DNA of 64,000 nucleotides from contig CAVYKI010000002.1 in NCBI GenBank assembly GCA_963769025.1, forward strand, positions 192,001 to 256,000. The letters are read 5' to 3'. Numbering within the stretch: position 1 is the stretch's first letter; the number at the start of each line of letters is the position of its first letter. The notes under the pieces are model-generated. The model saw only the letters and a program-made list of their open reading frames with translations. It had not been told where the DNA came from and did no database searches. The translations under genes and the position numbers were made by a program. Source of the DNA: an uncultured Verrucomicrobiae bacterium. GTDB taxonomy: Bacteria > Verrucomicrobiota > Verrucomicrobiia > Chthoniobacterales > Chthoniobacteraceae. Positions 32,362-41,617 of the stretch are shown here, in pieces.

Positions 32362-32553
32362 TTGTGAATGGTGAATGGTGGGTGGTGAATGCAAGCAGTG
32401 CCGCCTGCCCATGGACCCGGCTTTTTCAATGAACACTCCTGCCACGCTCTCCGGCAATCCGCCCACCGATTTCCCCGGCATTCTCCGGTATCACGGTCTT
32501 GCGCCTCAGCCGCCGGATCACTCGCCGGTCACCGGTCATCATTCACCGGTCAC
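32362..32553. repeat. Inverted pair of 7-nt-period arrays around the prcB start
   Basis: TTGTGAA TGGTGAA TGGTGGG TGGTGAA (32362-32389) and ATCACTC GCCGGTC ACCGGTC ATCATTC ACCGGTC (32517-32551). Confidence 0.6.
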
Positions 32554-33235
32554 GCCCACGCAGGCGACGACGATCCTCGCCTTCAAATTTGCGGACGGCG
32601 TGCTCGTCGCCGGCGATCGTCGCGCGACCGCGGGCAACGTCATCATGTATGATCGCGCGGACAAGGTGCTGGAGATCGACCGCCACTCGCTCATGGCCAT
32701 TGCAGGCGTCCCCGCCACGGCGTGGGAAATGGCGCGCGTGCTCGAGCACAGCTTTCACTTTTTCCGCCGCACGCAGCTCGCCGAGATGAGCCTCGAAGGC
32801 AAGGTCCGCGCACTCTCGAAACTCCTGCGGGACAACCTCGGCTTCGTGTTGCAGGGTGTCGGCATCGTCGTGCCGATCTTTGCGACGTTCGACTTGGTCG
32901 CCGGGATTCCGCGCGTGTATTTTTACGATCCGATGGGGGCGCAATTCGAGGCCGCCGATTTCTCGGCCACCGGCAGCGGCAGCCCGGCCGTGCGTGCGGT
33001 GCTGCATCACGAAAACACCTACGCGCGCAAACCGCTCCGCAAACTCAAGGCCTCCGAAGCCGTGCTGCTCGCCCTGCGCGCGCTCGACACCGCCGCCGAG
33101 AGCGACTCCGCGACCGGCGGAGTGGACCGGCGTGCGCGTGTGTTTCCGATCGTGAAATTGATCACCAGTTCCGGCATCGCGACGCTCCCGGAGACGCGGC
33201 TCGCGAAACTCTACAAGGCGAACCTCGCCGACTGA
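32411..33235 (+). CDS. prcB: 20S proteasome beta subunit with propeptide (alternative start 32429)
   Basis: QA|TTILAF with Thr1 at 32567, Asp17 (GDRR) and Lys33 at exact spacing, TGSGS, DSATGG. Confidence 0.93.
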   Translation: MDPAFSMNTPATLSGNPPTDFPGILRYHGLAPQPPDHSPVTGHHSPVTPTQATTILAFKFADGVLVAGDRRATAGNVIMYDRADKVLEIDRHSLMAIAGVPATAWEMARVLEHSFHFFRRTQLAEMSLEGKVRALSKLLRDNLGFVLQGVGIVVPIFATFDLVAGIPRVYFYDPMGAQFEAADFSATGSGSPAVRAVLHHENTYARKPLRKLKASEAVLLALRALDTAAESDSATGGVDRRARVFPIVKLITSSGIATLPETRLAKLYKANLAD

Positions 33236-33243
33236 AAGGGACC

Positions 33244-34020
33244 ATGCACGAAGAACCATTCCGCTGGGTCGAGGCCATCGCGAACCGCCGCGAATACATC
33301 GAGGATCAACTCGCGCCTGGCAGTCCGATCGTGGCGCTCGGCTACCGGGGTGGCATCCTGCTTTTCACGCTCAGCCGCGAGCGGCAGAAGATATTTGAAA
33401 TCTACGACCGTATCGCTCTCGGCGGCATCGGGCACCCCGGCGACCTCGAGCGACTGCGGCTCACGGCCATCGAACTGGCGAGCACCGAGGGCTTCGCGCG
33501 CTCGGCGGATGATGTCGCGCTGCGCCGCCTCGCGAACTACTCGCTCTCGCCTGCGCTGAAGGCCGCGTTCGAGCAAATCTATGGCCCGCCATTTCTCGCG
33601 CGGCTGCTCTTTGCCGAACTCGGCCGCGGCGATGCGGCGAACCTTTTCCTGCGCCTCGATTACGACGGATCCATCCGCACGAACGGCGGGGGATTTGGCC
33701 GCGCGTTCGAGGATTTCGGCGTCATCGCCGGGAAACAGCACGCGACCGAGCGGATGGAGGCGGCGCTTCGGGATCACAGGCATTCCGAGCACGGTCTCGC
33801 GGACGCGCTTCGCCTTGCGTCACACACGTGGGCGATCGGTCATCTTGCACTTTCCAGCGAGACCGATGCCGCGGCGCCGGATGCCGCCCACATTTCCGGG
33901 CATCTCCGCGAGCAACTCGCGCATGCGAGCGTCGAGGCTGCCGTGCTGGAAAAAGGCGCGCCGTTGCCGGCGACCTACCGCGTCCTCCACGAGAAGGAAG
34001 TGCGCGCGAGCATCACCTGA
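33244..34020 (+). CDS. prcA: 20S proteasome alpha subunit
   Basis: EEPFRW...RREY, GSPIVAL, KIFEIYDRIAL, RLDYDG; follows beta. Confidence 0.9.
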   Translation: MHEEPFRWVEAIANRREYIEDQLAPGSPIVALGYRGGILLFTLSRERQKIFEIYDRIALGGIGHPGDLERLRLTAIELASTEGFARSADDVALRRLANYSLSPALKAAFEQIYGPPFLARLLFAELGRGDAANLFLRLDYDGSIRTNGGGFGRAFEDFGVIAGKQHATERMEAALRDHRHSEHGLADALRLASHTWAIGHLALSSETDAAAPDAAHISGHLREQLAHASVEAAVLEKGAPLPATYRVLHEKEVRASIT

Positions 34021-34050
34021 CGCCCGGCGTCGCCGAGGCCACTCCCGAGC

Positions 34051-34977
34051 TTGGAACCCTCATCCCCGAGACCGCGTCCCCGAAAGCGCACCCGGCAGGC
34101 CGGCGTCGGCGATCTGCCGTTGTCCGCGAGGCGCGCGACTTCCCCGGGGAAAGTCGCGCCGTGGAGAAATGCCGCCGCCGATGCGCCGGGCGGTCGCTGG
34201 CGGAGAGGAAGGAGAGGGCGGACGTGGTTCGTTTTTCTCATCCTCGCACTTCTGCTCACCGCTGCGGGCGTGATATTGTGGCGCGGTCCCGATGGCGGGC
34301 CGTTGCAGGTTTTGTTCGGCGGAAACGGGCTGCCGACTGTGATCGTGGATGCCGGTCATGGCGGGCAAGACGGCGGGGCGGCGGGCAACGGGCTCCGCGA
34401 AAAGGACCTCACGCTCGACACCGCACTGCGTCTTGAAAAGAAGCTCCGCGCGCTCGGGTTTCCTGTCGTGCTCACGCGGCGTGACGACCGGTTTCTGGAC
34501 CTGACCGAGAGGAGCGACATCGCCAACAGGCATCCGCGCGCGCTGTTTGTCAGCATCCATTTCAATGCCATCGCCAAGGCCGTCGGTGAGGGCGTGGAGA
34601 CATATTACGCGGGGGAAAAAGTGCCCGTCGCCCAGGAAGGCTGGAGCGTCGCGGGTCTCTTTCGCCCGACGCCGGAGCCGCCGCCCGCGGACAACGGCCT
34701 CGCGTTCGCCCAACTCGTCCAGGCAGCGATGGTCGGTGCGCTCGGCGCCACCGATCGCGGCGTGAAGCCCGCCCGCTACCTCGTCATCCGCCACACGCGT
34801 TGCCCCGCCGTGCTGGTCGAGGGCGGGTTCATCAACAACCCCGCGCAGGCCCGGCAAATCATGCAGCCCGAGTATCGCGAAAAACTCGCGACCGCCATCG
34901 CCGATGCGGTCGCCGCCTACCAGCACCGGCGGACGGAGGACGCAAAGAAGCCAGTGCTCGCCCAGGCCGGACGGTAG
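34051..34977 (+). CDS. N-acetylmuramoyl-L-alanine amidase (Amidase_3) with a TM anchor
   Basis: DAGHGG.DGG, EKDLTL, VSIHFN, AVLVEGGF; start uncertain. Confidence 0.9.
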   Translation: MEPSSPRPRPRKRTRQAGVGDLPLSARRATSPGKVAPWRNAAADAPGGRWRRGRRGRTWFVFLILALLLTAAGVILWRGPDGGPLQVLFGGNGLPTVIVDAGHGGQDGGAAGNGLREKDLTLDTALRLEKKLRALGFPVVLTRRDDRFLDLTERSDIANRHPRALFVSIHFNAIAKAVGEGVETYYAGEKVPVAQEGWSVAGLFRPTPEPPPADNGLAFAQLVQAAMVGALGATDRGVKPARYLVIRHTRCPAVLVEGGFINNPAQARQIMQPEYREKLATAIADAVAAYQHRRTEDAKKPVLAQAGR

Positions 34978-35026
34978 CTGCCGCGGGGCTGGCGGTCGGC
35001 GCGGGCTTTTGCCATCATCGGATTTC

Positions 35027-37519
35027 ATGTCGGAGGCAACCACCACCACACCGCCCGCGGTGCCGCACCATCAGATGGTCCGGCCCATCGGGCGCGGGAG
35101 CTACGGCGAGATCTGGCTCGCGCGTTCGCTCACGGGCGCGTGGCGCGCGGTGAAAATCGTGGACCGGCAGCGTTTCGACGATCAGCGCTCGTTCGAGCGG
35201 GAGTTCGAGGGCATGGCGCGCTTTGAGCCCGTGTCGCGGGAGCACGAGGGATTCGTGGACATTCTCCATGTGGGCCGCAGCGATGACGGCGGATTTTTCT
35301 ACTACGTCATGGAACTCGCCGACGACGCTGTGTCGCGCGGCACATTCGATCCCGCCGCGTATCAGCCGAAGACGCTGAAGAGCGAACTCACGCGCGTGGA
35401 GCGTCTGCCTGCGGATGAAGTCACCACGCTCGGCCTTTCGCTCACCGCGGCGCTAGCGGCGCTGCACCGGCACGGCCTAGTGCATCGCGACATCAAGCCC
35501 GCGAACATCATCTTCGTCGGCGGTGTGCCGAAGGTCGCCGACATCGGGCTCGTCTCCGCAATCGGGCAGGAATCCTTTGTCGGCACCGAAGGCTACGTGC
35601 CGCCGGAGGGCCACGGCACGGCGCAGGCGGACATCTACAGCCTCGGAAAAGTGCTGTACGAGATCGCGATGGGGAAGGACCGGCTGCAGTTTCCCGAGGT
35701 CAATACGCGCATGAGCGAACTGCCGGACAAGGAGCAGCTCATGCGTCTGAACGACGTGCTCCTTCACGCCTGCGCGCGTGATCCCGCCGAGCGGTATGCG
35801 AGCGCCGAGGCGATGTACTTGGATTTGGAGAATGTGCGCGACGGCCGTGCGCCCGGTGGCGTGCGCCGCCGCCGACGCTGGCTGCCGATCGCCGCGCTGC
35901 TGCTCGTCGCGGCGGTCGCGTTCGGGGCGTGGAAGGCGCGATCCCCCGGGCTGCTGGCGGGGGAGGGATCGGTGCTTGTCGAGACGGAGCCGGAGGGCGC
36001 GATGGTGATTCTCGATAGCCGGATGCGGCGGAGCCCGGCGCGTTTCACCGCGATGAGCGAGGGCGAATGGAGCGCGCGCGTGATGATGCCGGGCTACGAA
36101 CCGGTGGACTTGGCGTTCCGCATCTACGCCGGTGGCGAGGCGCGGCCGGCCAAGGTTTCGCTCCGGCGCAGCACCGGAGCGGTGCGTGTCGAGTCCGAGC
36201 CGCCGGGCTGCGATTTTGAAGTTCGTGATGCGAAGGAAACGATCCGGAGCGGAAAGACGCCCGCCGAGTTTTCGGATCTGCCGACGGGAACGTACGAGGT
36301 GGTCATGCGGTACGCGGCCATCGAGAAGCGAGCTCCCGCGGAAGTGAAAAGCGGCGAGACTTTCCCGGTTTCGTTCCGATTCGGCATGGGTAAATTTCTC
36401 ATCAGCAGTTCGCCGCCGGGTGCGGAGATTTTTGCGGATGGCAAGGTCGTGGGCATTGCGCCGTGCGAGGCGGTGCTGGCGGAGGGAGAGCATCAGCTCA
36501 CCGCGCGCTATCGCGGGTGGCCCGTGCAGGAGCGCGCCGTCCGCGCCGAGGCCGGGGCGGATGCGGGAGTCGCGTTTGCGTTTCCATTTGGCAGGGCAAA
36601 AATCACGAGCGCGCCCGCGGGCGCCGCGGTGTTTGCCGAGGGAAAGGAAATCGGGCGCACGCCGCTGCTGATCGAGGAACTCGAGCCCGGCGAGCGGAAC
36701 TACGAGCTGAAACTCGCCGGCTACCGGAATGCGAAGGTTGTCGCCGTGGTGAGGGCGGGCGAGCAGGCGTTCGTCGGTGCCCGTTTCGAGCGGCGGCCCG
36801 TTCCGCGCCGGGGCGAGCCGTGGGAAAATACGCTCGGGATGCGCTTCGTCCCGGTCGGCGAGGTGCTGGTCGCCGTGTGGCCGGTGCGCGTGAGGGACTT
36901 CAAGGCGTTCTGCGACGCGACCGGGCGGACGATGTTGCCCGTGGATTTTTCGCAGGATGAAATGCACCCCGTCGTGCGCGTGAACTCGGAGGATGCGCGT
37001 GCATTCTGCCAGTGGCTCACCGAGACGGAAGTGAAGGCGGAGCGGCTCGCCGAAGGGCAGGCATACCGGCTGCCGACCGATGCGGAGTGGAGCATCGCGG
37101 CGGGAATCATCGGCGAGAGCGGCGCGACGCCGGAGGAACGCGACGGGCGCGTGCGCGACTTTGCGTGGGGAAGGGCGTGGCCGCCGCCGGCGCGCTCGGG
37201 GAATTTCGGCGACGCGTCCGGCAAAAGGCCGCCGTTCATCGTGGGCTACAACGACGGCTTTCCGCAGACCTCGCCGGTCGGGAGCTTTCCCGCGAACAAG
37301 GCCGGGCTTTTCGACATGAGTGGCAACGTGTGGCAGTGGGTGGAGGACAGCTACCACGGCGGGCCGCAGCGGAAGGACTGGGGCGTGTTGCGTGGCGGTT
37401 CGTGGGGCACCAGCAAGCAGGAGGAATTGCGCCTCGGCTACCGCGATGTGGTGGACCGCAGCGAGCGCGATGTGATTTTTGGCTTCCGCTGCGTGCTCGC
37501 GCCCGGGGCGGAGCGGTAG
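35027..37519 (+). CDS. Ser/Thr kinase - TM - PEGA repeats - FGE/SUMF1 domain protein
   Basis: IGRGSYG, AVK, HRDIKPAN, DIG, four (S/T)xPxG(A/C) PEGA-like repeats, RLPTDAEW, DMSGNVWQW, FGFRCV. Confidence 0.92.
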   Translation: MSEATTTTPPAVPHHQMVRPIGRGSYGEIWLARSLTGAWRAVKIVDRQRFDDQRSFEREFEGMARFEPVSREHEGFVDILHVGRSDDGGFFYYVMELADDAVSRGTFDPAAYQPKTLKSELTRVERLPADEVTTLGLSLTAALAALHRHGLVHRDIKPANIIFVGGVPKVADIGLVSAIGQESFVGTEGYVPPEGHGTAQADIYSLGKVLYEIAMGKDRLQFPEVNTRMSELPDKEQLMRLNDVLLHACARDPAERYASAEAMYLDLENVRDGRAPGGVRRRRRWLPIAALLLVAAVAFGAWKARSPGLLAGEGSVLVETEPEGAMVILDSRMRRSPARFTAMSEGEWSARVMMPGYEPVDLAFRIYAGGEARPAKVSLRRSTGAVRVESEPPGCDFEVRDAKETIRSGKTPAEFSDLPTGTYEVVMRYAAIEKRAPAEVKSGETFPVSFRFGMGKFLISSSPPGAEIFADGKVVGIAPCEAVLAEGEHQLTARYRGWPVQERAVRAEAGADAGVAFAFPFGRAKITSAPAGAAVFAEGKEIGRTPLLIEELEPGERNYELKLAGYRNAKVVAVVRAGEQAFVGARFERRPVPRRGEPWENTLGMRFVPVGEVLVAVWPVRVRDFKAFCDATGRTMLPVDFSQDEMHPVVRVNSEDARAFCQWLTETEVKAERLAEGQAYRLPTDAEWSIAAGIIGESGATPEERDGRVRDFAWGRAWPPPARSGNFGDASGKRPPFIVGYNDGFPQTSPVGSFPANKAGLFDMSGNVWQWVEDSYHGGPQRKDWGVLRGGSWGTSKQEELRLGYRDVVDRSERDVIFGFRCVLAPGAER

Positions 37520-37526
37520 GTCCGGT

Positions 37527-39098
37527 TCACTCCTCGGCGCCGGCCTTCGGGATCGCACGGAATATCATCACTGCGAGAACCGCCGCCATCACGCCGCTCG
37601 CGACCGCCATGGCGGCGAGAATTTCCGCATCGCTGCTTCGCCTCCGGGAAATTTCCAGCAACACGACGGTGAAGGCGTTCAGCGCGGAGGCGAAGGCAAT
37701 GCCGGCGGGGAGGGCACCCCGCCGAAGCCGGAGCGAAAGGTATGCAATGAGGATCGGGAGCAGCAGCGCCTGGGTGCCGACGTACGAAAATCCCGCCAAG
37801 TCCTCGGAACTGATCGGGCCCCAGCCGGATCCGTCTGCCGCGCGATGCCGTACGAGCCACAGACCGACTTCGAAGAGCGCGATGCTCGGAATCACCACCG
37901 GAATCGAGCCGAGCAGCTTTTGCCGGATCATCCATCCGGTTGTCCGCGGGATCGTGACGAGGCTCCCGAACGTGAGGTGGCGTCGCTCTTCGCCAAAGAT
38001 CCGCGATGCGGCGAGGGCAAGTTCGAGCGCGAAGATCCCGATGGCGCAGACCATGGTCGCCTCCCCGACATCCCGCCAGAGCCGGCCCGACCCGGGATCA
38101 TACGCGTGCTCCACCCATCGCTCGAAGGAGTAGACGCCGAAGAACACCAGCCCGCAGAGGGCAAAGCGGATGTACAATCCGCGGAGACCGCCGGTGAGAA
38201 AATAGAAGTCCTTCCACGCGAGGGAACGCTTTGAGGAAGGCCGGGAGCGGACCCGCCACATGCTCCTGCTGCGTCCGCTGGTTCGTTTTCCTCGCGCGAC
38301 GATCTCCCCATCCGTCGCGCAGAACCGATCAAAGAGCAGCCACGCGAGCAAGAAGCACAGCAGGCCCGCGCCGAGGTTCAGGAACGCGTGTTTGGCGACG
38401 GGCGCGGCTGAGGGTTTCTCGAAGATCAGCAGGACTAGCGAGTAAACGGGATTGGCCTCCGTGATCCACGTGGCGATGTGCTCCCAGACGGACTGCGGAG
38501 CAAGGGCGCCTGGATTCATGCGGTGGAGCACGGTGGCGATGCCGATGATGGGCAGCACCGCGAAAATCACTCCGGCAACGCCTGCCGTCCAGAGCCCCGC
38601 GCGGATCGTCGTGCGGCACGTGACGGAACAGAGCAGCGCGAGATTGCAGAGGAAAAATGTCGTGGCTCCGAGCACGGCATAGGAGCCGAGCACCTGCGCA
38701 AGGCTGACGCCGCCGAGGGTCACCGCGAGCAAGGTGAAGGGAATCTGCACCGCGAGCAGCAGCAGCGCCCCGATGAGGCGCGTGGTGCTCTTTCCAAACA
38801 GGATGGCGAGCGGGCTGAGATTCGTCATCCGCAGCAGCGTGAGCGTCTGGTCTTCCTTTTCCTCGGTGATCGCGGAGGAAAAAATCCCGAGTGTCGCGAT
38901 GACGATCAGTCCGAGGTTCGCGAAGAGCGCCATGCCGAGGAACTCGCGACCGGGGGCCGGGCGGCGCGTGAAGTCACGTTCGTTGGCCCAGATGATGAGC
39001 AGGATGACGAGGACGAGCGTTGCGCGGAGGATGGGAGGGAGGCGGGCCCGGATGTCTTCCCTCAGGGAACGCTGGAAGAGGGCGAAGAGCGCGCGCAT
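37527..39098 (-). CDS. ABC-2-type permease-like protein C
   Basis: ITEEKEDQTLTLLRMT..GKS, TLGGV; many TMs. Confidence 0.82.
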   Translation of the reverse strand: MRALFALFQRSLREDIRARLPPILRATLVLVILLIIWANERDFTRRPAPGREFLGMALFANLGLIVIATLGIFSSAITEEKEDQTLTLLRMTNLSPLAILFGKSTTRLIGALLLLAVQIPFTLLAVTLGGVSLAQVLGSYAVLGATTFFLCNLALLCSVTCRTTIRAGLWTAGVAGVIFAVLPIIGIATVLHRMNPGALAPQSVWEHIATWITEANPVYSLVLLIFEKPSAAPVAKHAFLNLGAGLLCFLLAWLLFDRFCATDGEIVARGKRTSGRSRSMWRVRSRPSSKRSLAWKDFYFLTGGLRGLYIRFALCGLVFFGVYSFERWVEHAYDPGSGRLWRDVGEATMVCAIGIFALELALAASRIFGEERRHLTFGSLVTIPRTTGWMIRQKLLGSIPVVIPSIALFEVGLWLVRHRAADGSGWGPISSEDLAGFSYVGTQALLLPILIAYLSLRLRRGALPAGIAFASALNAFTVVLLEISRRRSSDAEILAAMAVASGVMAAVLAVMIFRAIPKAGAEE

Positions 39099-39105
39099 TG
39101 CCCGG

Positions 39106-40647
39106 TTAATCCGCCGCCGCCGCGACGCCGAGGCGGCCGGGGATCCTCGCTGCGATGGCGACGGTGCCGATTCCGAAAAACAGCGCCATGGTGAGCAGAT
39201 AGGCTTCCGTGTTGCCCGAGCCATAGCCCGGTTCGAACGAGAAGAGCGCCAGGTTGGCGGCGAAGGTGAGACCGAGTGCCGTCGCGACCGTGGCGCGCCG
39301 CATCCGCAGCGAGAGATACATCACGAGCACGGCAAAGAAGAGGTACTCGCTGCCGAAAAGGATGGATCGCGCGATGTCGGTGGAACTGGTGAGGCGCAGC
39401 TTCCGCCCCGCCATGATCCAGCCGATGGTGAGCATCGCCAGGGACGGGATGAACATTGGAAGGGCGCCAAGGATTTTCTCGCCGATGAGGCGCGCGGTGC
39501 TGAGCGGCAGGGTGTAGAGACCGCCCAGCGTGTGGAGCTTCCTCTCGATGCCAAACACCCGGCTGCTCACGAGGCCGAGTTCGACGGTGAAGGCCATCAG
39601 CCCGAATACCCAGAGCGTCACGCCGACAGCCTCGGCCTTGAGGGTCTGCCGGTTCACCGTGGCAAACCACCAGACGAGAAGTGCGACGATGGCGAGATAG
39701 GTGGTGGAGCGAATGATGACCCCGCGCTTTCCGCCGCCGAGGAAGTGGAAATCCTTCCACGCGACTGCGCGATGTCCGGGGCGTGATACCGCGAAGCGGC
39801 GTCGCGGTGCTGGACCGGCGGGCTTTTCCGGCCGTTTCACGGCGGCTTCCCCGCCGGAGTTGCAGCACGGGGCAAAGAGCAGCCACGCGAGCCCGAAGCA
39901 CACGCCGCCGCCGATGAGGCTGACCAGCATCGAATTCGTGGCGAATGGGAAGGTGCCCCGGGGGATGATCGTTCGGGTGAGGTCGAACAGCGGGTTGATC
40001 GCCATGCTCCACTGCGCGACGGTCGCGTACCACGCTGGCGCCGCATTTCCGCTGAAACGCGAAACCACGGAGAGCGGATACAAAAACATCGGCAGCAGGT
40101 AGAATCCGACACCGCAGAGGGTCGTCATGGACGTCGCGCGGCGCGTGCTGCGGCAGACGACCGACCACAGCAGCGCGAGGTTGCAGAGAAAAAACAGGAA
40201 TGCCGCGAGAATCCCGTAGCAGCGGAGCACCTGCGTCTGCGAGACGCCGCCGAGCGTGATGCAGAGCATGGTGAAGGGCAGTTGCACGGCGAGCAGCAGG
40301 AAGCCTTCGAAGAGGCGCGCCGTGCTTTTTCCGAGGAGGATCGAGAGGGGATTCAGGCGCGTCATCCGCAGCAGGCCCAGTGTGTCGTCCTCCTTTTCCT
40401 CGGTGATGGCCGAGGCAAACGTGCTGAGCCCGAAGACCGCGATGGCGAAGAAATTCACCATCGAGAGGATCATCAGGATGAATTGGCCGGGCGCTGCACG
40501 GTTCGTGAATTCGCGCTGGTTCATCGCGACGACAACCAGCAGCACGAGCGCGATGCCGCCGCGCGCCAGCGGGGTGAATTTCGTGCGCGACTGCTCGCGG
40601 AGCGAGCGGGCAAAAAGCGCAAACAGCGGGCGGAAGGTCGTGAACAC
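39106..40647 (-). CDS. ABC-2-type permease-like protein B
   Basis: ITEEKEDDTLGLLRMT..GKS; clear paralog of C. Confidence 0.82.
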   Translation of the reverse strand: MFTTFRPLFALFARSLREQSRTKFTPLARGGIALVLLVVVAMNQREFTNRAAPGQFILMILSMVNFFAIAVFGLSTFASAITEEKEDDTLGLLRMTRLNPLSILLGKSTARLFEGFLLLAVQLPFTMLCITLGGVSQTQVLRCYGILAAFLFFLCNLALLWSVVCRSTRRATSMTTLCGVGFYLLPMFLYPLSVVSRFSGNAAPAWYATVAQWSMAINPLFDLTRTIIPRGTFPFATNSMLVSLIGGGVCFGLAWLLFAPCCNSGGEAAVKRPEKPAGPAPRRRFAVSRPGHRAVAWKDFHFLGGGKRGVIIRSTTYLAIVALLVWWFATVNRQTLKAEAVGVTLWVFGLMAFTVELGLVSSRVFGIERKLHTLGGLYTLPLSTARLIGEKILGALPMFIPSLAMLTIGWIMAGRKLRLTSSTDIARSILFGSEYLFFAVLVMYLSLRMRRATVATALGLTFAANLALFSFEPGYGSGNTEAYLLTMALFFGIGTVAIAARIPGRLGVAAAAD

Positions 40648-40650
40648 AGG

Positions 40651-41604
40651 TCAGGTGCGCACGCCGGGCTCGGTGAGGTCCATGAAGGCCTGGTTCAGGT
40701 GCTTCACGTCCTCCCGGAACGCCAGGATGCTCGCGCCGGAGGCGAGCGCGGCCTGGAGGATCGCGTTGGGCGTGAGCGCCGCGGGATCGAACTCGACGGT
40801 GTAGCGCGCCACGCCGTCGGCGGCCTGCTGCACGCGCGTGATTCCCGGCAGGGCGCTCAGCGCGGCCACGAGCGGCGGGTGCTCCGCCGAGAGCGTGAGG
40901 GCGAAGGCGTCGCCCGCCTTTTCCCCGACGATGAGGCCGCGCATGGTTCCCGTGTATTTCACCGCGCCCCGGTCGAGGATGGTCACGGAGTCGCACAGCT
41001 CGGCGAGTTCGCTGAGGATGTGCGAGCTGATGAAGATCGTCTTCCCGAGCTTGCGCAGCTCCTGGAGGATTTCCATGAGCTCGATGCGCGCCCGCGGGTC
41101 GAGGCCGCTGGCCGGTTCGTCGAGAAGCAGGAGGTCGGGATCGTGCACGAGCACCCGTGCGAGCGAGACGCGCTGCTGCATCCCGCGGGAGAGGCCCTGG
41201 ATGAAATCATCCTTCCGCCCCGCCATGTCGGTGAGCGCGAGCACGTCGCCGATGGTCTTGTCCCGCTGCGACTGCGTGAGGCCGTAGGCCGCGCCGAAAA
41301 AATCGAGGTACTCGAACACGGTCATCTGCCGGTACATCGAGAAGTGATCCGGCATGTAGCCGATCCTCCGTCGCACGAGGCTGAGGTCGCGCATGATGTC
41401 CTTTCCGAAGACGAGCACGGTGCCGGTCTGCGGCGGGAGCAGCGTCGCGAGGACCTTCAGCGTCGTGGTCTTGCCGGCGCCGTTTGGGCCCACGAAGCCG
41501 TGGATGCTCCGCGCGTGAACGGTGAATGTGACATCATCGACGGCGACGTGATTCTTGTAGGCGTGCCGGAGTTTGCGGATGTCTATGACGGGTTCGTTGT
41601 CCAT
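40651..41604 (-). CDS. ABC transporter ATP-binding protein
   Basis: GPNGAGKTT, LSRGM, LLLDEP, SSH. Confidence 0.95.
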   Translation of the reverse strand: MDNEPVIDIRKLRHAYKNHVAVDDVTFTVHARSIHGFVGPNGAGKTTTLKVLATLLPPQTGTVLVFGKDIMRDLSLVRRRIGYMPDHFSMYRQMTVFEYLDFFGAAYGLTQSQRDKTIGDVLALTDMAGRKDDFIQGLSRGMQQRVSLARVLVHDPDLLLLDEPASGLDPRARIELMEILQELRKLGKTIFISSHILSELAELCDSVTILDRGAVKYTGTMRGLIVGEKAGDAFALTLSAEHPPLVAALSALPGITRVQQAADGVARYTVEFDPAALTPNAILQAALASGASILAFREDVKHLNQAFMDLTEPGVRT

Positions 41605-41617
41605 GCGGTGCGGAGGT

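Noticed and set aside
36800..37519. FGE domain as a diversity-generating retroelement target
   Set aside because: No reverse transcriptase or template repeat in the window.
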